A stretch of 64,000 nucleotides of DNA from assembly GCF_000315625.1 (NCBI RefSeq), contig NW_005434451.1, positions 757 through 64,756 of the forward strand, given 5' to 3'. Position numbers and translations under genes: made by a program. This document shows positions 35,976-47,664 of the stretch, in pieces. The notes below the pieces were generated by a model, which was given only the letters and a program-made list of their open reading frames with translations, was not told where the DNA came from and ran no database searches. Positions within the stretch are counted from its first letter, which is position 1. Every line of letters starts with the position of its first letter. The stretch is from Guillardia theta CCMP2712. Its lineage: Eukaryota > Protista > Cryptophyta.

Positions 35976-38289
35976 CATAATGCTCACTTGCATGTGTACG
36001 CGCACCCCTCGTTTCCCTTGCACCTGCCCTTCCTGCCACTATGCTGCGAGGTTTCGCCGCTCTTTTTCACATACGATAGTCAGCTTTGTTCTTCTATCCT
36101 GCATCCTCCCAACTTGTCCTCTCCTCTCCCTTCCTCTCCTCTCCTCTCCAATGTCTCTTGCTCCCCCGCCCTTGGGGCCATAGAGTTTTTGAATCCCTTG
36201 GCCACCCTACCTCGTGTCACTATGAGTCGAAATGGGAGATGGGAGGGTGGTATGAGTAGAAGGGCTCTTACAAACTTTATAAATGTCCATGCTATTGTGG
36301 TACACTGGCTCTTGACTAAAACAACTTATAGATAATCTATAATCATAAGAAGTGATTATTATGAGATATTCAGATGAAAATTGTACCAATTTCAGAAAAT
36401 CTCCTCAATGGTACAAATTTCTTGGATATTTGTACCAGTAACTCAGGTTTACAATTCTTTAAAAATCTTTTGATTCGAACTAAAACATTTTTCAGATGGG
36501 CTCAAAAGCAGCAATTTTACAACACACTTTTTATCCCACATGCCTCCACCCCTGTTCCCTACGTAATACTACCCCACCCTTTCGATTTTTCACCCCTCAG
36601 ATTCCTCACCAATACCCACCTCAAGCCCATTTCTTGTGCAAAAAATGATACAAAATGACCCCACCGCTTAGAGGGCCTCGGACCCCTACCCACTTTTTTC
36701 CCACACACCCCTACATCTCATTGGCTGTCCTACCCCAATATTCATTTTAAACCAAAGTAGCTTGACCCTACCCCCTGAAATGGTTGAGAGACATACCTAA
36801 CCCCTGATGAAAAATGATCATCATATTGCACCGGTACTTGAATATCAAAATTTTCCATCTAGGCACCCGTCATCTCTGCAGGCATCCCCCACCACCCTCT
36901 TTGCAACACACCCTCACCCTCCCTTCTCCTCGCTTGTCACCCCCACCCCCTAATTTCGTCGGGCAACAACATATAAGCATTTAAAACCCCCCCCCCCTTT
37001 CACCCACTCAGTACGGCCTTCAGATCGCCCCCCTACCACCCACCCTAATGTAATTGTATCACCCCTACCCTCCCATTTTACCAAAATCAAGCATACCCCT
37101 TTTTTGAGTCACAGATCCATTTTTCCCTTCCATGACCCCCTACTTTCAGATAAATATGTGGGTCCTTGGTAATACATTCTCGTCTCCCCTTCACCCACCC
37201 CCTTCTTTGGTCCCCATGGATCACAAGACCCTTGCTCCAAAGGTACCCCTGACACTACACCCCGACCTATTCCCAGCTGTAAAGAGTAATTTCCGAAACC
37301 GTTTGCACCCCCACCCGCTCTGATCCTTGGAATACTACCCCTTCCTGTAACCCCCTGACTTGTGGGGCTCTCAGTGAATGTCACCCGGGCACCCGGACCT
37401 TCGGGGCCGGAGTCCGATTTCTGAGGCGGGCTCGATTCAACTTCTGTGGCGGAAATAAACAGATGAGACTCTTGGAACAAATACGATGGCGGGAGGGGGG
37501 AGGAGATAGGAAGGAGGAGGGAGGAGAGGAAAGAGTTGGAAGAACCAAGAGGCAGAGGAAACAGTGAGAGAGAACTGAGAAGGCTCAAAGTCAATCAATG
37601 GTGAGAGTAGAGGGAGAGATGAGGGTTAGAGGGAGGAGGGAGGTCAGGACAGTGAGCGGAAACAATCATGCGTGATAGAGAAAGGAAGGTGGAGATGAGG
37701 AAGCAGTTAGGATAAGACAAACATCTGCATATTGATCTCAATGTGACGATGTAGATGTCTCTTGCCTTCTGGTATGCTTGCCATCGACACAGCCTTCTTT
37801 TCGTCCTTCTTTCCACCCTCAGCCTAAATCGAAATCTCATCTCATATGTTCTACTTTTTTGTTTGTAACTCCCAAACGCACCATCAGGAGAGTTGATCTG
37901 GCATCCATTGACGGATCCTTGGTGTAGTCTGCTAAGTGTTTCTCGAGGATCATGCAGAAATCATCTTCATTCTTCGATCAAGCACACTGATGAAACTGCT
38001 GAGAGCTTCTGCTGACTTGTTTCTTATCTCCATCTCGCTCCTCCTCCCATTGAAGACGGGAGCTTTGATCAATTATATATGGGGAGGGTGCAGACGCTCT
38101 CGCGCCGCTGACGTTTTTCTTTCTTCCCGTGCCTTCTCACGTCAACTGCCCCCAGTCTCCTCCCCTAGAGCCTCCAGCCACTTGCAACTCCTGCAAGGAC
38201 TTGGCAGCCTCCGCGTGCTCTCGCTCGTCAGACCCTCCTGGTGCTCCCGTCTCAAGACAGCAAGGCCTCCTGCAAGGCCTCGCTGCTCC

Positions 38290-39141
38290 ATGGGGAAGCG
38301 CAAGGCGGCGGGAGAGGAGCAGTATGCCAGTCTTGTGCGGAGTATTAAGAGCAAGCTGCAGAGCTCTTCGGACTCCAAGACCAAGAAGGCGCAGGAACAG
38401 TATCTGAAGGGAACGCTGCACCGTGGCAACAAGATGCCGGCGATCAAGCTCGCGGTTGAAGACGCGATGAAGGAACTAGGAGAGGAGCTTGAGGCAGACG
38501 ATTTTGAGAGAGCCGGAATCGAGCTGATGCAATCCAAGTACTCCGACGACAAGCAAGCCGGTATTCTCGTGCTCCAATCGTCTCTGAAGAGACGGAGGAA
38601 GGACGTGGACGTGACGGAAGCGGACGTGGACGAGTTCTTGAGCAAGATGGCTTTCCTCTTTGAGTCTGGTGCAATCGCTGATTGGTCGAGCTCGGACAAT
38701 CTCAGTGGGAAAGTCCTTGGCCTCTTCGTGCTGTCATGCAATGCTGACGTCCGCCGTTACGCTGTCAAGAAGCTCCTTGCGTGGAGCCAGCTGGAGGATA
38801 GCTCGGTTTGGCAGCGCAGGGCAGGGCATGTGAGCTTTGTGACGCACGTGTCGCCCAAGAAGAGCAGCAAGGCTGTCATAGGAGATGAGTTGCACTACAA
38901 CGGCTTCGTCAGGGATCTCGTCGCAGCATGTGAGGCTGCGCTGAAGATCAGCAGCGAGAGGTTCAGCAACACCGGGGCTGGCTGGGTGCTTCGCTACTGC
39001 TACCACCTGGAGAAGGAGGAGACCGTCCGCTGCCTTGAGCGATGTGCCCCGATCATGACGCGGGAGGGGATCAGCTACGCACTAGAGCAATGCAGGGACA
39101 CAAAGCTCAAGGCGAGGCTGATAGAGCTCAACAAGCCTTGA
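38290..39141 (+). CDS. AlkD-like HEAT-repeat DNA alkylation repair glycosylase (intronless core; possible upstream extension from ~37990)
   Basis: AQEQYLKG..RGNKMP, LMQSKYSDDKQAG, DWSSSD, WSQ...VWQRR, FSNTGAGWVLR and REGISYALE fit the DNA_alkylation/AlkD pattern (W..D, W.RR, GW.LR). Confidence 0.8.
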   Translation: MGKRKAAGEEQYASLVRSIKSKLQSSSDSKTKKAQEQYLKGTLHRGNKMPAIKLAVEDAMKELGEELEADDFERAGIELMQSKYSDDKQAGILVLQSSLKRRRKDVDVTEADVDEFLSKMAFLFESGAIADWSSSDNLSGKVLGLFVLSCNADVRRYAVKKLLAWSQLEDSSVWQRRAGHVSFVTHVSPKKSSKAVIGDELHYNGFVRDLVAACEAALKISSERFSNTGAGWVLRYCYHLEKEETVRCLERCAPIMTREGISYALEQCRDTKLKARLIELNKP

Positions 39142-39414
39142 CGTAACTTCCTCTCAGTCTGCTTCCCGATGCCGCCCCCGGGCCCGCCCGCCCGGCCGGC
39201 CGCTCGGAGTGATTCGGAAGGGAAACTTGAGTCAAGACAGCAGTGTCAGTCCGACACTGTACTGCCTGGGCCTCTGTGTTGTCAAGGCCATTTAAGTACA
39301 ATCGTACGGTGATCGACGGCTGTCCCTGCCGCAGTCACAGTGCCGTGTGGCCTTCCTTGCTGACAGTAGGGGACTTTGGGACGTGCGACAGCAGCAGGCA
39401 ATGCATCCAGTACC

Positions 39415-39544
39415 GAAGAAGCTGATCAAGACAGCTACTAGACTAGCTGAAGAAGCTGATCAAGACAGCTACTAGACTAGCTGAAGAAGCTGATCAAGAC
39501 AGCTACTAGACTAGCTGAAGAAGCTGATCAAGACAGCTACTAGA
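39415..39544. repeat. 34-bp tandem repeat, about 3.8 copies
   Basis: GAAGAAGCTGATCAAGACAGCTACTAGACTAGCT. Confidence 0.92.
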
Positions 39545-39884
39545 GCGCGGGTTTGAACAGTCACGGCTCACTGATGCCTTGTTGCTAGTTGGAGGGGGAG
39601 GGGAAGAGTGCCATCGCACTAACAGCGAGACGCTGAGGACATGCTGTCGGGCATGTTGGAGGCTTCAGCAGCCTCCAGCAGGAGCGCGAGCTCTTCAGCT
39701 CTCGAGTACCTCCCGCTCTGTATCGCCTCCACAGCCTCCTGCTGCATTTCTTCCAGGGCTCATGTCCACCCCAAAGGTGCCCGCGGTCGCTTGGATACAC
39801 TCGCTTTTCAGTGTCTGCGACAGGTTACCTGGCATTTAGGTTGAGCGTGACGAATTGAGTGTAAGTGTACGCTCCTAGGAAGAC

Positions 39885-39977
39885 CATGAGGAAGAAGAAC
39901 CATGACGAAGAAGAACCATGACGAAGAAGAACCATGACGAAGAAGAACCATGACGAAGAAGAACCATGACGAAGAAG
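39885..39977. repeat. 16-bp tandem repeat GAAGAAGAACCATGAC, about 5-6 copies
   Basis: Read directly. Confidence 0.92.
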
Positions 39978-40609
39978 GGCTCGTTGCAGGGCTCAAAGAA
40001 CTGGATGGAGAAGGAGACCCATCAAATACTGTGATGGTGCCTTGAGACTTGTAGCAGAGGAACTTCAACTCTTAGAACAGAGTTTGGGCTCAGTGATGCG
40101 GGTGCACCCGTAGCCGTGGCAGCAGCAGTAGACGACGAAGCAGCTGGAACCGAGGATACCATGATGAAATGAAACGCATGTTCAACTCACGTATCGTCCA
40201 ACATACGCAACGCGGTTCCTCCTCTCGACACGTTACCTGCACTGCAAACGGATCATTCAAGCCCCAAAGCTAGGACCCCAGCTGAAATGGCGTGTCTTAC
40301 AAATGATGAAGAAATGATATCACTCGGTGACAGTTTTGCAACAAACTCGAGAATGTTCGCAAACAAAAAGCAATTTCTGTCTTGATGTCTTATAATCCTA
40401 GTGTTCTAACAAAACTGAACAACCTAGCATTCCTTGTTAAAATTTGCATGTGAAGTGAGAACAGGACTTGGAAGATAGGGAGTCGGAGGGAGCAGGGATT
40501 AGAAGAAAGGGACAGACTCAAGAGGAGGGAGAGAAAAAAGAGGATTCGGAGGGTGGGGGGCGGTGAGAAAGGGACAGGAAGAGCAGAGTGGAAAGAAGGG
40601 AGAGAAGAG

Positions 40610-40790
40610 GAGACAAGAGGGGAGAAGCCAAGAGGGAGGAGACAAGAGGGGAGGAGACAAGAGGGGAGGAGACAAGAGGGGAGGAGACAAGAGGGGAGGA
40701 GACAAGAGGGGAGGAGACTAGAGGAGAGGAGACAAGAGGGAGGAGACGAGAAGGGAGGAGACAAGAGGGGAGGAGACTAGAGGGGAGGAG
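40610..40790. repeat. 15-bp purine repeat GAGGGGAGGAGACAA
   Basis: Read directly. Confidence 0.88.
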
Positions 40791-40861
40791 GAAACAATGG
40801 GAGATGAAGAAGATGGGACAAGGAAACCTTGAATGTTGAAGTCGTGTTCGACGCGTTGGAC

Positions 40862-40989
40862 TTGATAGGCTGGTAGCATCTGATAGGATCAGATAGGATC
40901 TGATAGGCTCTGATAGGCTCTGATAGGCTCTGATAGGATCTGATAGGCTCTGATAGGCTCTGATAGGCTCTGATAGGATCTGATAGGCT
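40862..40989. repeat. 10-bp satellite (CTGATAGGCT/CTGATAGGAT)n, left flank of the copia element, running into a gap
   Basis: Read directly. Confidence 0.95.
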
Positions 40990-41832
40990 NNNNNNNNNNN
41001 NNNNNNNNNNNNNNNNNNNNNNNNNNNNNNNNNNNNNNNNNNNNNNNNNNNNNNNNNNNNNNNNNNNNNNNNNNNNNNNNNNNNNNNNNNNNNNNNNNNN
41101 NNNNNNNNNNNNNNNNNNNNNNNNNNNNNNNNNNNNNNNNNNNNNNNNNNNNNNNNNNNNNNNNNNNNNNNNNNNNNNNNNNNNNNNNNNNNNNNNNNNN
41201 NNNNNNNNNNNNNNNNNNNNNNNNNNNNNNNNNNNNNNNNNNNNNNNNNNNNNNNNNNNNNNNNNNNNNNNNNNNNNNNNNNNNNNNNNNNNNNNNNNNN
41301 NNNNNNNNAAGGAAGTGTTGTGTGGTTCTTCTGAGAGTTCTATCACCATCAGTGAAGGTGTTAGAGACTGCACAGCTGTGTATCGTTGAGGTGAATAAGG
41401 TTGGTGTGAGGATCTCAGGTGTACTGAGAGTTAGTCTTTGGNNNNNNNNNNNNNNNNNNNNNNNNNNNNNNNNNNNNNNNNNNNNNNNNNNNNNNNNNNN
41501 NNNNNNNNNNNNNNNNNNNNNNNNNNNNNNNNNNNNNNNNNNNNNNNNNNNNNNNNNNNNNNNNNNNNNNNNNNNNNNNNNNNNNNNNNNNNNNNNNNNN
41601 NNNNNNNNNNNNNNNNNNNNNNNNNNNNNNNNNNNNNNNNNNNNNNNNNNNNNNNNNNNNNNNNNNNNNNNNNNNNNNNNNNNNNNNNNNNNNNNNNNNN
41701 NNNNNNNNNNNNNNNNNNNNNNNNNNNNNNNNNNNNNNNNNNNNNNNNNNNNNNNNNNNNNNNNNNNNNNNNNNNNNNNNNNNNNNNNNNNNNNNNNNNN
41801 NNNNNNNNNNNNNNNNNNNNNNNNNNNNNNNN

Positions 41833-43283
41833 TGAGTTACAGATGGACACATTCCTCAAAGGATCTGTGACGTCACAGGAGGAATTGGATGAACTTTTGC
41901 TTCCGATTCAGAATGCAATGAATCGATATCGGACAGGATTGGGCATGTGTTTGTTCCCGCTGATACGAGAGTTTCCACTCGATCAACTCGGTAATTTTGG
42001 TGGTGAGTTTCATACTGTATGGGAAAAGAACAAGAGTGTGAATGTGGATGGCGAGTTGACGGAGGAATGGAAAAGGCAGGTCGTTTTGCTTTTCCTGAAT
42101 GCCAAATTTTGTTGGAGGAAGAGCGGGCAGATTCGAGATTATGTGGAGCAGTTGCAAAATTTGTCCAAGACGGTGTCGGATCAGTATGGTAGTCCTGTTG
42201 ATGAAGGTGATTCCGGCAATCCAGTGAGTGCTTCTGGCAAGAAGAAAAAGAAGGGGGTAAGCCGAAGGGATTCTGATGGCAAGGAGATGGATGCCGCGAT
42301 GATTAACGCGTTATATGAAGACGTTGAATATTTTCTCCTGGAGCTTGGCCAATACTTTCGATCCTATCTGAAGCCATTATTTCCTGTTCCATGGGCTATG
42401 TCAGGAGGATTCAAGTCCAAGTTGGCTCCGATCAAAGCTCTGGCGTATATGATATGGGAAGTCAGAAAGCGCAGTGGGAATCTCAAGGGCCACTCCGTGA
42501 CGCTGGCAAAGTCGAAATTGCCTGACATATCTACCTTCCACAGCGTTATGGTCCAGATGAAGATCCTGCTTAACAAGTTGGAAGATGTAGCGGGAGAGGA
42601 ATCAGTGAAAGCCTTGGAAATGATTTTGGTGGAGGAGCTGATCAAGCAATGTTATGTTTCAGATTGTATTGATATTCGAGATGTCGCGCGCTTGAATAAG
42701 CGGTCCAAGTTGTCAACCGAATTGACTTGGGAGGAGGAGTGACTCTTGGGCTGTGAATTTGCATGATGAACAGGTATTTTTTACTGCTGGGGGTGAGAAA
42801 ACACAGTCGGGTACTGCGTCAGTTAATGTGGCAGCCTCGGAGGTGCAAGCTACGGTTAGTCAACCGAATGCAGACAAGGCGTCTGAAAGTGGAGGACAGG
42901 GTGGTAAGGAAAAGGGAGACTCGAGAGGCAGCAATGAGTCGCCGCCTGTGGATAATGCATCTGGCAGTCAGGAGGATGGAAGCACGTTGGACGCGAGGGA
43001 GAGTACGCGAGGCCGAGGTGAGCATCCGGGTCAGGGAATGCGGCGCAGGGGCGCCTACCATGTTGATGGGTCTCGTGGCGGCTACGGTCGTGGAGGCTCC
43101 GCTGGTGCTGGATCGAATGATTTTCGAAATCACCAAGAAAGAGCCGGTGGTTTTCAAGGGAATAATTTTCGGGGAAGAGGCTCAGGATTTCGAGGTCATC
43201 ATCAGCAGCGGGGGAAGCCGTATGATCGTCCGGCTGGTAGAGGGATGCGCGGACGAGTAGAGGGAGCATTGGACGACGCATAA
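41833..43283 (+). CDS. gag: copia gag region (two frames; 5' end in gap), RGG-rich C-terminal part
   Basis: Helical ORF to 42742, then a +1-frame ORF with RGGYGRGG and FRGRGSGFRG; upstream of the protease. Confidence 0.6.
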
Positions 43284-43308
43284 CTACATCCACGCAGAGG
43301 CGAGTCTG

Positions 43309-46300
43309 ATGGTTTCTCAGAGTGATCGTTCGGGAGGATATCATGAGCGGCGAAACAATGTGCATGAATTTTCTCCTCAGGCTCTCGGCGAGGCTGTACT
43401 GCGCTTGGCCAGGGAAATCCAGGGGGGAAGGAGGTCAGGTGCAGACGGTGAGCAGCCGGTTGGACCATGGCAGGAGACGTTTGAGCCTAACCATCGGGGA
43501 CGTGGCCGTAGTCCGGTGTCGGACAATCCTTTTGAGAGGACGGTACAGCAAAATGTTTCAGAAAGCAATGCTCAGGCAGGTCGCCGTCAGGCGGAATGGC
43601 GATCCTTCTTTGCGTTTCAGTTTGGCATTGATTCAACGATGTCGATGACTGATATTCAAGGAATGGCAATGCAGAGTATGGTGGGAGACGGTGACGGAAG
43701 GGTTGTCAATTTTTTGCTTGATTCGGGTGCAAATGTTACCATGGTTGGGGACGAATCCCTCCTCTCAGACGTACAATCGGGAGACGATTTCTTTGTCATG
43801 ACGGCAGGAGGAAAGATTAATTGTACCAAGTATGGCAAGCTAAATTTGCAAATTGTCGGTGCAGATGGTGAGTCGGACAATATAGTATTGGAGAATGTTC
43901 GAGTTTGTCCTGTCCTTCCTGTACCACTTGTGAGTCTGGATGATTTTCTGGGATCCAAGTATTACATTGTTGGACGGGGGTCGAAGAACACGGTCAAATC
44001 CTATGTGGCTTCGGAGGATGGCAAGATCAGGATTCCTCTGATTCAGCGGGACAAGTTGTATCTGTTGACAACCAGAGGTCCGATGCATGATTCTGTGGCA
44101 GGTGATGTGCCAATCTTTTGTGTTTCAGCGGAGGCTGGAACAGTCTGTTTGACTAAAGCACATGTCACTCCTGGACCTTCTTTCGATGGGAAGTCAACAC
44201 AGAGTCTATCTGATGCGGTTCTGTGGCACATGAAAACGGGGCACCCTGATTGTCGAGTACAGAAGTTGCTTGCGGATACGGTCAAATACATCACATTCAA
44301 TAGGCGGTTGATTCATTCTCCGTGTCACGTGTGTAGGATTTCGAAATTTGTGTCACGCCCTGTTCACAAACAAACCTCATTTCGACAGGAACGTGTTGGA
44401 GATGTAAATGCTCTGTGGTATGTAGACTTGAAAGATATGATTGCAGTCTCTGAACCATCGGGTTATCGTTACTTTCTTATAGTTGTCGACGCTTTTTCCG
44501 GATACCTGATTGTGCGTCCCATGAAGTCCAAGAGTCAAACGAGTGATATTCTGATGGAGTTACTTCGACAGGAGGAGAAAAGTGTCAAGAGAAACGGAGT
44601 TCAACGCATCATATCTGATAACGGCAGTGAGTTTTCTTCTTCAGAGTTGGAGGCATTCGTTCGTGAGACGGGTTTGAAGTGGGATCGGATTCCTGATTAC
44701 AGTCAAGTTTACTAAGCCAATTCGATGGCTGAGAGAGGAATTCGAGCAGTCAGTACTATCCACAGAACTTTGCTCAAACAGAGTGCTTTGCCTATCGAGA
44801 AATGGGAATTTTCTGTTATGCAGGCTACGTACCTGTACAATGCACTCCCGAGTTTCAGGAATTTCGGCAATCTTTCTCCGTATACAATCTATAATGGAGA
44901 TGTTTTCGACTTCAAATCTCTCAAGACCTTTGGGTGTATGACATTCTTCAAGAATAATGTACGCAGTTCGAAGATTGAAGATCCAGCTAAACAGGGCATT
45001 ATGCTCGGAAATGCAAACGCTTTTCCTGGGCATACCATTGGCTACTTGGTATGGTGTGTTGACGACAACAAAATCCATCACACGAATAATCTGACCTGTG
45101 ATGAATTCTTCTTTCCATTTCGACGTGCGGGACGGATGAATTGGCAAGAGGATCCTGAAGTGGTGGTAAAGCACGATATTGACATGGAGGATGATTCGCC
45201 TGTCAAGGGTGTTGAAGATGAACGGTCAGAGGCAGTGAATGCTGGGACTAGTGGTCGTCGAAAGAGAACACGGTTGGAGGATCATTCACTGGAGTCGGAT
45301 GATGAGGGAGTAAGGGCTGCTGAGATGGTGTGCCAGGACAGCGATGAAGATTATGTGCCTACAGTGATGGTTGACGGTGGCCGAGAGGATGCGGATCATA
45401 CGGATACAGAGGCAGCGTCGTCGACCAAAACATGTCGTACCAGACGAGACTTTCGTAAGCAGAGACGGGATGCCGAAAACCGCTTCATCAACAGGCGGGC
45501 TGAAGTTGTAATGGATGATGGGAAGGTTCGAACGGGGACGATTACTCAAGTTGTCTTCAAAGATGATACATTCTTGGTGCGTGTTACGTTTGACGACAAG
45601 TACTGGATATTAATCCATCCGGACAGTGAGAACGTACGGATTTTGTTGTTGCCTGGGGATGAGCTACAATCAGGAGTTTTGCCGAAGAATGTCTTCGAGT
45701 TGACAGGGTGTAACGATTATTACTTTCGAGCGTTTCCTCAAAAGGGGGATAACATCCTTTCGCAGCTGGTGGAAAAGACAGTTCGAGGAAATCCCGATGT
45801 CTTTCTTATGCACAGNNNNNNNNNNNNNNNNNNNNNNNNNNNNNNNNNNNNNNNNNNNNNNNNNNNNNNNNNNNNNNNNNNNNNNNNNNNNNNNNNNNNN
45901 NNNNNNNNNNNNNNNNNNNNNNNNNNNNNNNNNNNNNNNNCATTGAGACGGGAACGGTGGAATGATGTGGTTCCACTCATGGAGCCAGGGGATGACATTG
46001 ATGTTGCTCGTGATCCAGACTGTATTGATCTTGGTACAAGTGAGTTGACACAATGTTTTCCAGACTCTCGTATGCTTGTCACCAACATGGCGCTAGTTGT
46101 TCCTGTATGGGAAGCTGTCAAACTCTCTGCAGCATTTCTGTCGCGAGCTCCGCCATCAGTACAAGACTCGAGTTCGACGGCAGATCCTCGCAATCGAAGG
46201 GAGATGTTGTTGCACAAGGATAGAGAATTGTGGGAGGCAGCTGAACGAGCTGAGATTCAAAAGATGGAAGAAAGGCGAGTTTGGGAAGTGGTCCCGAGGT

Positions 46301-47664
46301 CTGATGAAACTCGAGGTAAAATTCTTGCGAGAGCGATGTGGGTTTATTCCTCAAAGAGAGATTTACATGGCAACATTCTGAAGAGAAAAGCAAGGTTGGT
46401 TGTGATGGGCAATCTTTTACCCACGTCCGAGGAGTTGTTTGCGCCGACGACGTCGATGGATAACATTCGGTTGTTACTCAGCATAGCGGCAGGAAATGGA
46501 TGGATTATCGCCTTCCGAGATATCGCGGCCGCGTTCCTATACAGTGAATTGAACGAACCGATGTTCATGATACCGCCTGACATCATGGCTTTGCCTCCGA
46601 ATGTTTTGCTCAAAGTAACCAAAGCGATATATGGGACGCGAACAGCTCCGCGACGATGGTGGGAAAAGCTGTCTCGAGAATTCCTGCGTCTGGGCGCGGA
46701 ACCTGTTGGCCATGATGAAATCATTTACAGATATGAACACAACGGCTCAAGAATTCTCATCACGACATGGGTGGATGATCTTCTTCTGGTATGTGAGAAT
46801 CAAGAAGTCTGTAATTATTTTTTGGACTGCTTGAGCAAGGTATTCGACTTTTCTGGTAGTGAAGCTACAGGTACATTCCTGGGTATTCGTGTTCACCAAG
46901 ATTTGACGAAAGGAACTATTACCTTGAGTCAGAAGCATTTTATTGAACAGCTGGTTGAGAAATTTGGAATAGCTCTTCGTTCAGTGTTTACTATCTTGCC
47001 TGGAGTGTACATGCGGAGTTATCATCTAGAGGGAGAATTGTTGGATAAGTTCTCGGTGAGACAATATCAGGCTCTTCTTGGAACAATCTTGTACGTTGCT
47101 AATGGGACAAGAGCTGACATTTCCTTCGCGGTCAGTCTCTTAAGCAGATTTGCACGGGCACCCAGAGTGCGTGACTGGGATGCATTGGTTCACTTGGCGA
47201 GGTATCTGTACACGACGAGAGATATTTGTATTGTTTACCATCAGAGAGGTGTATCTGTTAATCAGGAGGTGTTTCACAATGAACTCGTAGCTGCGAGTGA
47301 TAGTGACTGGGGGACGGATGTCTTGACGCGACGAAGTCAGTCCGGATGGGCTATCGTAATGAACGGAGGAGTAATTTCATATGGTTCGAAAGCGCAGAAA
47401 GTCATATCACTTTCATCGTCAGAGGCAGAAATCTATGCGACATCAGTAGTCGCCAAGCATATCAAGATGTATCGAAGCTTACTTCAACAGTTAGGGTTTT
47501 GCCAGCAACGTCCGACGATGCTCCTGCTGGATAATGAGCCGTGTATTCGTTTGTTGACCGAGAAACGAGCATATTCTAGACTGAAGCACATCGACTTACG
47601 TGCTAAGTTTGCTGTTCTCATGGTGGATGAGGGAGAATTACTTCCTGTGAAAGTTCCTACTAAG
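43309..47664 (+). CDS. pol: copia pol polyprotein with an in-frame TAA at 44713-44715
   Basis: PR FLLDSGA. IN LWHMKTGH..CHVC, WYVDL, SDNGSEF, MAER. RT KARLV, DIAAAFLY, KAIYG...APRRW, WVDDLL. RH SDSDWG, SSSEAE, DNEPCI, KHIDLR. Confidence 0.93.

Noticed and set aside
39415-39544. 34-bp repeats as CRISPR
   Set aside because: Head-to-tail with no spacers.
39560-40400. Possible minus-strand gene (ALEEMQQEAVEAIQSGRYSRAEEL)
   Set aside because: Only one short plausible exon; no coherent model could be built.
41322-41870. ORFs spanning N runs (also at 17.7, 40.8-41.4, 47.7, 49.0 and 54.5 kb)
   Set aside because: Artefacts of translating through assembly gaps.
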